A DNA stretch of 61,436 bases, filler included, from Nemertoderma westbladi (Eukaryota > Animalia > Xenacoelomorpha), in assembly GCA_032718475.1 (NCBI GenBank). It is 3 parts of 3 records of this genome, joined end to end, with 100 filler letters (N's around TTAATTAATTAA, not from the genome) between each part and the next. Parts side by side here need not be neighbours in the genome. Positions count along the whole stretch, not along the records: positions 50,937 to 61,436 come from JAUCBJ010008414.1; 2 more parts are not named here. One strand, 5' to 3'. A model generated the notes under the pieces. It made no database searches. It saw only the letters and a program-made list of their open reading frames with translations, and was not told the DNA's origin. A program made the position numbers and the translations under genes. Shown here in pieces: positions 50,837 through 61,436 of this stretch (the first letter of the stretch is position 1; every line of letters starts with the position of its first letter).

Positions 50837-50936
50837 NNNNNNNNNNNNNNNNNNNNNNNNNNNNNNNNNNNNNNNNNNNNTTAATTAATTAANNNNNNNN
50901 NNNNNNNNNNNNNNNNNNNNNNNNNNNNNNNNNNNN
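50837..50936. other. Artificial contig spacer
   Basis: Identical 44 N + TTAATTAATTAA + 44 N structure. Confidence 0.97.
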
Positions 50937-51404
50937 GCTGAAACCACCATCCTCCTGGCTAACGCTGATGGGATGTTATCGCTGCCCACCCCATTCAATA
51001 AATATTGTTTTTAAAGTTTGATAATATTATACCGTAAGATTTTATAATAAAATCATTATTGTTGCATAGTGGTTATGTTGTTGTCTGGTAATACCAATTA
51101 TATTTTACTGCTACCATTGATCAATTAATAACTGAAAGTATATTTTCCAGTAAACCTACAACTGGATAATTAAATTAAAGGAGTAACTATAGTGGTAGAT
51201 AAAAAAGCAGAATGTAATAATTCAGTCTTAATAATTAATTTATAATATTTGGGATCCTTATCGATGATCCTTTCCTCTATACCAAATCCAAATTCTACTA
51301 CTACCCATATAATTCAGGCTAGACTAGTTTGAATTATATGGGTGAGTATTATCTTAAAATTACGCAATAATTTTTATTGTCCGTTTAAATCACTCATGAT
51401 GTCC

Positions 51405-51603
51405 TTTTTTTTTTACTTTTCATGTCCTCCAGAAATTTACCGTTAGGTTCCATGCTACCGGTTTCTCTGCTCCTGTTACATCAGGCTATCAGTACCGGTA
51501 TTAGTTTTTTTTTACTTTTTATGTTCTCCAGAAATGTACCGTTAGGTTCCATGCTACCGGTTTCTCTACTGCTGTTCTCTCAGGCTATCAGTACCGGTAT
51601 TAG
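51405..51603. repeat. ~99-bp tandem duplication
   Basis: T-run...CTCCAGAAAT..ACCGTTAGGTTCCATGCTACCGGTTTCTCT...CAGGCTATCAGTACCGGTATTAG occurs twice. Confidence 0.85.
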
Positions 51604-51762
51604 TATATAGAGCACTATTTTGCAGTATTGCTGTATTGTATGTACAGATGTAGGTATAAAGCAGGTATTTTAGGTATTTTAGTACCGGTACCGGCACCGG
51701 TACTGATGTAGGCCTACTGTGTAGCCTACCATTTAAATACGGTAATGGTAGGCCTACCACTC

Positions 51763-52360
51763 GCCCGCCTCTGTAACCCACTCCTTTCCTTCAATTAGTT
51801 AAATGATCGTATATTGTTTTGGATAGAAAATCCCGCCTCTGTAACACACTCCTTTCCTTCAATTAGTTAAATGATCGTATATTGTTTTGGTTAGAAAATC
51901 CCGCCTTTGTAACCTGCCCCTTTCCTTCAATTAGTTAAATGATCGTTTATTGTTTTGGTTAGAAAATCCCACCTCTGTAACCTGATCCTTTCCCTCAATT
52001 AGTTAAGTGATCGTTTATTGTTTTGGTTAGAAAATCCCGCCTCTGTAACCTGCTCCTTTCTCTCAATTGGTAATGTTATCGGTTATTGTTTTGGTTAGAA
52101 AGGCTAGCCTCTGTAACCTGCTCCTTTCCTTCATTTGGTAAAGTGACTGTTTATAGTTTTGGTTAGAAAATCCCCCCTCTGTAACCTGCTCCTTTCCCTG
52201 ATTTGGTAAAGTGACCGTTTATTGTTTTGGTTAGAAAGACTAGCCTCTGTAACCTGCTCCTTTCCTTCATTTGGTAAAGTGACTGTTTATAGTTTTGGTT
52301 AGAAAATCCGGCCTTAACCTGCTCCTTTCCATCAATTGGTAATTGTTTTTGGTTATAAAA
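51763..52360. repeat. 68-bp satellite array (~8.5 units)
   Basis: TCCC anchors at 51831, 51899, 51967 and 52035; later units alternate between two variants. Confidence 0.9.
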
Positions 52361-52514
52361 TGAGTGTTTTGCTACGTCATGTGGTAATCGATTATCGACA
52401 ACAACCACAAACTATTATTAAATTTACCTAAAATAACTCAAGAAGAGCGCCGAAACGCCCGTCCGGACCAGCGGTTCTGACAATCATCTAGCATTCCCCT
52501 CCGTAGCAAAACTC

Positions 52515-55500
52515 ATGTTCCTCCGAACCCGGGGGCCGCCGCCACGACTACTCCCAACCCAGGGGCCGCCGCTACGACTTTCCCGAACCCGGGAGCCGCC
52601 GCTACGACTCTCCCGAACCCGGGGGCCGCCGCTACGACTCTCCCAAACCCGGGGGCCGCCGCTACGTCACTCCAGATCCCAGGGGCCGCCGCTACGACTC
52701 TCCCGAACCTGGGGGACACCGCTACGACTCTCCCGAACCTGGGGGCCGCCACTGCGACTCCCCCGAACCCGGGGGCCGCCGCTACGACTCTCCCGAACCC
52801 GGGGGCCGCCGCTACGACTCTCCCGAACCCGGGTGCCGCCGCTACGACTCTCTCGAACCCGGGGGCCGCCGTTACGACTCCCCCGAACCCGGGGGCCACC
52901 GTTACGACTCCCCTGAACCCGGGGGCCGCCACTACGACTCTCCCGAACCTGGGGGCCGCCACTACGATTCTCCCGAACCCGGGGGCCGCCGCTACGACTC
53001 TCCCGAATAGCGTGGAATGTTGAAGGTGCAGAATCTACTATTGACTGCACCATGGACGACACATTTACAGCTACGGATATTCTGCTCCTAACAGAGACTT
53101 TATCCGACGACCTAGACATTTCTGGTTATTCATGCCACAATGTCCCATGTCAACGCCAGGATCGCGGTAGACCTATTGGTGGATTATCCATTGCCATTAA
53201 AATGGGTTTAACATTAACTAACTCATGTGCATACAAGTCTGATTCGGCCATAGCCATAACGTTTTCGGATTTTCACATTTTATTGGGATATTACAAACCA
53301 AGTACCGATGTCGGCGATATACTATTGGAGTTAATTTATATTATGCGCGCGATCCTTGACAAGGATAATCACCCTATTATTCTAGTGGGTGACTTTAATT
53401 GCCGACTAGATGGAGACAGCACCCGAGGGGATCTACTATGTGACAGTCTCCTTGGTGCAAACCTTTTTTGTCTCAATGACCCTGATATTCCCACCTATAT
53501 TTGTTGGAACGGCTCAAGTGTCATCGACTTGGCTTTTATTAGCCCATCCCTTAAGGATGCTACAGAAGTGAAGGTTCTGCCTACAATTAACTCTAAACAC
53601 CAAAGAATGCACATCGAATTAAACTGGAAATTTCGTAGCATGCTACAGGAGAAGGCACCACCTGCTCGTCAAATAGATGTTGTCAAGCTGTCAAGTCTAC
53701 TAAATACAGGCAACAACTACCAGGATATAATGAACTCAGGAGTGGATGAATCCTGTAAATTTATCACTGAGGCAATAAAGAATTCCTGTAAAAAGCGTTC
53801 AATACGAAAATCCAAACCCTGGTTCGATAACGAATGTTATCAATTACAGCAGCATCTAAAACAATCTCGGAAACGTTTAGACAACTACAATCGCAATGCT
53901 GATGATTACACAGCATACAGTCGGTTACAACGGGAATACAAAACGTTGTTAAAAACTAAAAAGATATTCCATTCGACCCAACAGTAACTGAAACTCATCC
54001 ACCGTTGTGAGGAAAACCAAAAAGACTTTTGGAAAATAGTCAACCCAAAGAAAAATATGGCTGCGCAGCAGGTGCCAGTGGAGAATTGGTCTACACATTT
54101 CTCGAATTTGTTCACCTGCAATACAGCCCCACAGCTGCCTCAACTATCCGACAACCCAGATCCCTCTCTAGATGATCCCATCACAGCGGCGGAGGTCACC
54201 GATGCTGTAAACAACCAGAAAACACGAAAGGCTGCCGGCCCCGACGGGATCACTAGCGAAGCGCTGAAATCAGGTATCGGCATTCTTCTCCCGTTTATTT
54301 TAAACATATTTACCATTTGTTTCACCTATGCAACCTGCCCCACTGCATGGCTAATCTCATATGTTATACCTCTATACAAGGGCAAAGGATCAAAAGCATC
54401 AGCAGATTCATACAGAGGAATAGCGTTATTATCATGTCTACTAAAGACATATACCGCCATTCTATTTAAGCGGTTATACACGTGGTCAGAACTCAATAAT
54501 AAACTACCTGATTCCCAATTCGGCTTCCGTGTTGGAAGGTCAACGTTAATGGCTATAAAACACATATACTTATACATCGACGCGGCTTTATCGTCACCTA
54601 GTGGTCATATATACTGCGTTTTTATAGACTTTTCAAAGGCCTTCGACACCGTAAACCGTGAGCGACTTTGCACAAAGTTGTCCGACATTGGAGTTAGTCG
54701 AACATTTATCTGCGCTCTATGGGCTCTGATAGCAACTAACTACATTCGAATCTGCATTGGACTGTTCGTTACAGACCCAATATGCCAAATGGTCGGCGTT
54801 ATCCAGGGAGACAAACTGTCTCCATTACTTTTCAGCCTGTTTATTGCCGATTTGCCCTCTGTAATAGCCGGAATCGGTGTATTTATAATTTTATACGCCG
54901 ACGATGTAGCAATTTACGGCGAATCTATAGAAAGTGTTCAACTCGCCCTAAATAACCTAGAAAAGTACTGCGACTTAAACGGCCTTACAGTCAATTTGGC
55001 AAAAACAAAAGTTATTAAATTTCGCCGGGGTGGGAGACTATCAGCTAATGACATACTTATATATAAAGGTCAGCAATTGGAATTTGTGAACAAGTTCAAT
55101 TACCTTGGCGTCGTACTGACTACGAAAAATTCGCCAGCTGGTCATTACACTCATTTACACAAGCGGGGCATTGCCTCCTGTATCCGGTTAGCATCAACAG
55201 TCAATATGAGTTCCGTTTCCATAGCAACCGCTCACAAACTCTGGGTCCTTGTGGTCTTTCCGGCCACCACATATGGTTGCTCGATTTTCCACGATTTCTC
55301 CAGAGCGCAGCTTTTGCAGCTCCCCCACGTGATCAAAGTCCGCGGATTCTACTATAAACTTTGGTGCGGTCTAAGTAAATTCGCGTCAACAACCAATATA
55401 CTTGAGGCGGTTGACAATGGAGACAACTCCAGTATCAACCTCAAATATTTATCGGGCCAGCGGCGGAGGGTGGGAGCGCAGTTCCTTTCCAACGGCTTCC

Positions 55501-55670
55501 ATCACAAACTCTGCAGCTCAACAAGATGCTGGCGGCCCACCCCTGCATGTATTTGCCGCCTATGCAGCGGTCAGGCGTCCACTGCCGCCCATGCGATGGG
55601 CTGCAATGGGCTGACCAACGTGGCTCGCCCCACAACCCTCAGCCTCGCATTCCACCTTCAGCAAATATAA
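52515..55670 (+). pseudogene. RTE-X-like LINE ORF (EN, RT, Cys-rich C-terminus) with two premature stops
   Basis: ORFs 52515-52916, 53052-53987 and 54057-55670 share one frame; AWNVEG, LTET, GDFN, SVIDL, QFGFR, FIDFSKAFD, GVIQGDKLSPLLF, YADD, CICRLC. Confidence 0.88.
52522..53007. repeat. 30-bp GC-rich minisatellite (~16 units)
   Basis: Unit CCCGAACCCGGGGGCCGCCGCTACGACTCT. Confidence 0.95.
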
Positions 55671-56444
55671 ATATTACAATACCCGATTTTATTTAAATAA
55701 TAACCCCCTAATATGTGGCTGTGTAATTAATATTTATATCTATTTTATTTACTTTTACTATAATGTGCTTCCTATTACTGTATTAATTTTTATAAACTAC
55801 TTATTTTACTTATCCGTTGGATAAATTAAATGCCTTTATATCATTATTAAATTTAGAGTCTTTTACCACAGGCGCATATGGAAATCTATCTCAGTCTATA
55901 AATCATGGAATTTTGAATGTTTTGGCACAGGCATAGTGAAACCAACTGTCCGACAGACCAGAAATCAACAAATTTTGAATGTTTTGGCATAGGCATGCTG
56001 AAATCAGCAGTATGACAGTTTGAAGAAATACATATATAAAAAGTCATTAAAGGACAACAAAAGTCATTAAAGGGACAACAAAAGTCATTATGCACAATTC
56101 GTAAAAAAAGGAGGACTTAAAAAGTCAAATAAAAGGACATAAAAAATCACTGCCTTACAATTATAGAGTAACATAATACAGTCTTCACTTCACATCTAAT
56201 GATTCAAAGAGTTTCTATTCAAAGGTCTATTTTTCAATTGAAATTGGTATGGTATTCAATTTGATATTTACCTTTCATACAACCATATACTGTTCGAAAG
56301 GACGTTGAATTCTTTCATGATTATGCAAAAAGTTAAGTAATCAAAATAGTAAATAATAAATTTACTCAGCAATCATTGTCGTTTGTAGAGATTTATTTAA
56401 TGATAGGAATATGTTTCGTCTCTTGGGTGGTATGCACAAATTTC

Positions 56445-58166
56445 CTGAACAGGAATCTTTAGGATCTTATCAACCAACAGGTTGATGCCATCAATGATGC
56501 CAATAACAGCAAACAATCATTCCCCAGGCATGGCAATTGCTAAACTTGCTGACTGGGAAGGAAAGCCAACCAACCACCAAGGTTAAGACAGAATCCCAGC
56601 CAATCACATCATTGGTTGGAAGGCCCACTTTGAAAAGCCCCCCAATAATGACAGGGAATTGCCTGACTTTATTTACTGTGCCTTACTTTATAGAAGTAAA
56701 AGTGTCCCATTGGTGATATCTCCTTTGCTGAAGTGAAGGCTGCTGCAAAGAGCATTAAGACCAATCGTGCTAGTGGAGTAGATGGTGTTCCCCCTGAGGT
56801 CTTTCAAATACCTGAGTGTTTAAAGCTCATCTATCCCATCATAGTAGACATGTACAGAACGACAAAGTCCCTCAAGAAATGAAAACAAATAAGTTGGTGT
56901 CACTTCCCAAGAAGGGCAACCTAACACTCTATGGCTTATGGATATTTTTAGGGAATTTCATTGATCTTGATTGCTGCCAAGCTATACAATAGTCTTTTAT
57001 TAAATCGCATCACGGATCCCATTGGGACTGCTACGTGGAAATTGACTTTAGAGCCCATTTTGATACTTAGAAGGATTGCAGAGTTATCAAAAAAGAAAGA
57101 CAGACATCTGGCTGTTATCTTTGTTGACTTCTTCAAGGCCATCCTGCATGGGTTTCCTGAGAAGAAATTATTCCAACAATCAGATCAGTATACGATGGTT
57201 TGACAACATTTGTGTCTACTGTTGATGGTGACAAATATATATTTGAAGTGTTATTCATAATTGTGGTTGACAATGTTCTATGCATGTCCTTAGATCATCA
57301 TAATGACGATGTGGTAATGGATGGTAACACCATCTACTGGCTCCAGAAGTCGAGGAATTTTTTGTTAACTCCAAAAAGACCAACATTTTGACAGTTAACT
57401 TTAAAAGTCCTCAGGTGATGTCAGATTGTATGGGAATAAGCTCAAAGGATGGTATGCTTGAGCATGTGGACGAATTCTGTTACCTGGGATCATGAATCCG
57501 GAAGTAGTACCAAATATCTAAGGGAAAGGCATTCAATGCTGCCCGCATTGAATGGGCTATCCAGGAATTGGAAGTCACACAGAATACATTGTAAACTTAA
57601 GGTCTGATTATTTAGAGCAACTGCAGCATTTAGATACTGGGCTCTAACCGCTGAGGACACCAAATCTCTGCATCATGTTCTCTAAGAATGCTACGTCGTG
57701 TTCACTGTGTCAATTACAATGCACACATCTACAATCAGACACTATATAACATTGCAGGTATCTTAGTGGTTCCGCCAAGCTTGACACTTGTTCAAAGCAG
57801 CCTTCTCTGTGCAGGACATTGTTTTCACCGTGAGGACCAGCCAGTGCATAATCTTGAGATTTTGCATCTCCATGGAGAAAATAAGCAGGGTGTACAACCC
57901 ATGACTTTCTTAAGACACATTTTAAAGGACACTGGCCTTGAAGATGCGGATAACCTTGCGAAGGCCATGGTGGATAGGGAGCGATAGGGATAGGGAGGGA
58001 GGGATAGTTGTGGCGGTGCAACTATGTTGAGAAGCCAGCATAACATTCTTAATGCTCGGCTAAATGCCATTTGTGGATTGAATGGTTCCCGCAAAAATAT
58101 TGTTGTTAAGCCAGTATAGTATCCCAATGTGCAGCCTCAATGCAGCAGGCTGATAATAGTAGTAGT
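56445..58166 (+). mobile_element. Heavily decayed RTE copy
   Basis: Colinear with 48095-49894 with many indels; ends TAGTAGTAGT. Confidence 0.88.
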
Positions 58167-60295
58167 GGTCCCTTAATATTAGTAATCTACAGTTTAGGTG
58201 TTATCGTTGCAACAGCTGTTAGAAAAAAAAATAGTCAATTATTATTTGTATATCCCACGTTGATTTAGATAGTATGTCTAAATATGGTGCAATTTAACTA
58301 ATTAACCTGTTTGTAATCTAATGTGTATAGTAATAATAACTATTTATTACTTAATTCATATTCAATAAAATGGTAGCTACAAACATTAGCTAACCAGTAA
58401 ATACCAAGAGAAAATAATTAGCTAACAATTATTAAATTTTTATAATAAAAATAATTATTAGGGGTCTTTATTAAACAACAATTGATTATATTGTGAAACT
58501 TATTATGAATGCAATTTAAAGAATAACTAAGTAGTGAATATTAACAAAATATTATATTTATTATAACTACAATATATTTTAATGTATTTATTGTTACTAA
58601 AACAGTAAATTTTAGAACTATTTTATAAATTATTGCTAATTAGTTAATGTTGTGTTAATGTTACGTAATGATTACATCAACTGTTTATTCTCTTACATAT
58701 CGTTCATCTTTCTACTTTGTGTTATTAGACATTTTGTTGTTATTGTTTGAACATTACACAAACGCAAGAGTTACATATCACGCGCGACCGATGATAAAAC
58801 GAAATAATCGTAATTTTAATTTAAAACAGTACTTTTATAGATACAAAAACGTGAAAACGCAAGCATGCAAAAAACACAAAACGCAAAAACTTTTAAGGGA
58901 AAAATTATATTGCCACCATTTGATTCATCCACCATACCTGAGAGCCACTTTCCCAAAATTCTCAATAGAACCAGAAATACATACATTAAATACATTATAT
59001 ACATTAAAATACATACAAATATTACATTGAAATACATTATTCCGGCCTAATTTGAATACACAGTTCTGAAGTGTCGACTCTCTGACAACTAGTATCATCT
59101 GACTTCAATCTCACACCCAATTTAGCTACAGTAGTATACAGTACAGTAGTAGCTGTAGGAATATGAATTGTTGAGTCTATTCCCCACTGTGTAATGAACG
59201 CAAGTAGAACTCACAGAGACCCCACGCAGGGAGTAATTAACACAATGCGAATTAATGTAATAGAGAGATGACCTTCGTGACCTCTCATAAACTCACTAAC
59301 TACTAGCATGAATAATAATAATAATTTAATAAGGAATAACGTTTCCAATGTAGGCCCTACTTATGCAAGAAATTAAGATCAATATTAGACCTTACAATGG
59401 GATACTGCTAAACCATAACATCTACCTACATCGCAGCAGCATAGGGGACAAGTCCGAATACACAAGAAGTGTACTACTGCTGAAATTGCGAAGCCCTTCT
59501 GCAATACCAAATAGAAATAATAATTAGTTATTACATGGTAAATAAAGTAGAATATTATTGCTCCTTTCTCATATTGATAATAATTTAACATTAAGACGAG
59601 ATATTAATTAGCCGATAATTGCGTCAAGTTTTATACCAATTTTTAAGTCGAAGTTTTCTACTCTTTGTTTTGAAACCAGGAAGTTTTTTTATTAAAACAT
59701 AACTTTTAGAACAACATTTTTTCAGTAACATTTATATATGATATGGCTAGCGAGCATGCTGTAAAACATAAACTAAATGCAATTTCAACACAATCAAACT
59801 GTACTGTAACAAAACGCCCTCCCACTAGATCCATAATAGCTTCATCATCCTCACTTGCCAAAGCACGGGGGTGTATTCCCCTTACACTAGTAGGAACACC
59901 TATTGAAATTGCTCTTTGGATTGATGAATGTACTATTCTTTGATTGGCCGTTTAAATCATGCAAGGAATCAATGGTGAGGGGTGGGGGGGGGGGGGGTGA
60001 GGGGGGTCATACCAGTGTAAGTATTTTTTCACTTAAATGGCAGGTAGAAACAAAGTGTTACAAACACTGTAAGTAATGGAGAAAGTGGGGGAAATCATGT
60101 AAAGGGTTATGTAATAAATACATCCTGTTAATTATACAAATCAATCCAATCCCACAATCGAAGAAATAAAGAGTATTGTTAAAGGCAATTGCAATCTAAA
60201 TAGGTTATTTATATGGCATTGGAATTGTGGGGCGAGCCACACATTCAGAGCGAGCTTTAACGCACAATTATAATTAGTAAATAGAGCAAAATTTC

Positions 60296-60301
60296 ATGTC
60301 C

Positions 60302-60351
<50 letters not shown>
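60296..60351. repeat. (GTCT/GTCC)n microsatellite, possibly within a Helentron-type element
   Basis: GTCY array seen directly; element context is inferred only. Confidence 0.75.
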
Positions 60352-60353
<2 letters not shown>

Positions 60354-60638
60354 TGAAAAATTCATTCGTAAATAACTTTTGAAGATGTAAACCATTTTCA
60401 GCCAAATTTTGTATGGGCATACTAGAGAAAATGTTCCAAAATTTTCGAAAGTTACGGGTAAATACCTCTCGAAATTTTGACTCCAGATCAAATCGAACTT
60501 GTTTCAAACGTGATCAAGTTCGCGTGCTGCGCGACGCCCCACGAACGTGTTGCTTTTCATTATTATTATTATATTGGTAGGAACGCAAGCACTCAGTATT
60601 GTGGTTGTTTTGCGGTGTAGGCCTTATAATTTTCTAAC

Positions 60639-60978
60639 ATGGCAGAAGTTATAATCAATGAATTTTTACCATTGAGTTTCAAGAACAAGATTTTAAACTG
60701 CCAAAGTGCCGATGGGCAGCGAAGGTGAGATCGAAAATAACTTCAGACGATGATGCTACAGTATGGGTTCAAGAATTTGGTCGGAAATCTAACACCCAAT
60801 GGAATGTCCGTAATACCTAATCAAATATTGTCCGATATGCGTACAGGAATGATTACGTTTGCCATCACAGTTGGAACGCAAACACGGAGTCTCGAAAAAC
60901 ACTCAGTGCTTGGCTTCTTTAACCATCCGAATCAAACTCGCTACTAAAGAACCCAAAAGGAACGATCCGCTAATTAAA
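60639..60978 (+). pseudogene. Probable Mutator-like transposase N-terminus (WRKY/GCM1-like), decayed
   Basis: Joined frames read MAEVIINEFLP..WVQEFGRKSNTQWNVRNT*..RYAYRNDYVCHHS..KNTQCLASLTIRIK..KRNDPLIK, resembling invertebrate MULE/SWIM transposase N-termini. Confidence 0.5.
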
Positions 60979-61436
60979 GTAGTAAAACTGCAAAATTAAC
61001 TTCATATAATATGTAACTAATATTCCAGTGTCCTAGTGGAAACAGGGCAACTGACAGCTTTATCATCATTAGTTTTTGTATCAAGTCAATTATCAAGTAT
61101 AATAATTTCTTTCATATCTATCAAACTAAATTAAATCGCACACATTACAATAATGGTTAATAAGGAAATTGCTAAAGTGTGGTCTTGGTGCTGCTACTGC
61201 ACCGGGCAATAGAGAAGCTTGTATAGCCCAACTGCAGTAGCTGACAGATACGGGGGGGGGGCCGTGCGTGTTCTTGGTTAACTATAATAGTTGACAAACA
61301 GAGACAACATCAGAGTTGTAAAATTTACTAATATTTTAGATTACAGTAATTTAGAATTTAAAATTTATCCTGTGGATTCCATCTAGTCTGTTAGAATTAA
61401 GAGAAACAAACATGTTTATTTATTTTTAAATTAAAG

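Noticed and set aside
52513-53119. Minus-strand AAAPGFGRVV and RESRSGGP repeat proteins
   Set aside because: Antisense readings of the 30-bp minisatellite.
58200-60250. Host exons among short ORFs
   Set aside because: AT-rich, with no coherent domain or supportable splice chain; small exons cannot be excluded without RNA data.

Overview
This is repeat-dense animal (probably marine invertebrate) nuclear DNA made of three contigs joined by two artificial 100-bp spacers (44 N + TTAATTAATTAA + 44 N). I find no supportable host gene, rRNA, intact tRNA or CRISPR array; almost everything is nested transposon debris. It includes a near-full-length CR1/L2-group LINE (23.4-29.6 kb), an RTE-X-like LINE (52.5-55.7 kb), five RTE pieces, BEL/Pao and Gypsy relics, and TA-, TTAA-, TTA- and 9-bp-TSD MITEs plus minisatellites. 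Two things stand out. (1) A five-copy LTR family with a BEL/Pao-type protease has no tRNA primer-binding site. In both 5' LTR copies the sequence just after the LTR is instead complementary, with covariation, to the predicted 5' end of its own transcript, and conserved hairpins sit at U5 and the PPT. This is a candidate tRNA-independent self-priming system outside the Tf1/Sushi group. (2) A non-autonomous Polinton/Maverick-like element (9036-14071, AGTAGT-type ends, 6-bp TSD TATACC) has three termini and carries an inverted 1.1-kb copy of its own left flank. All alignments were done by eye and family assignments rest on motif recognition, not database searches.
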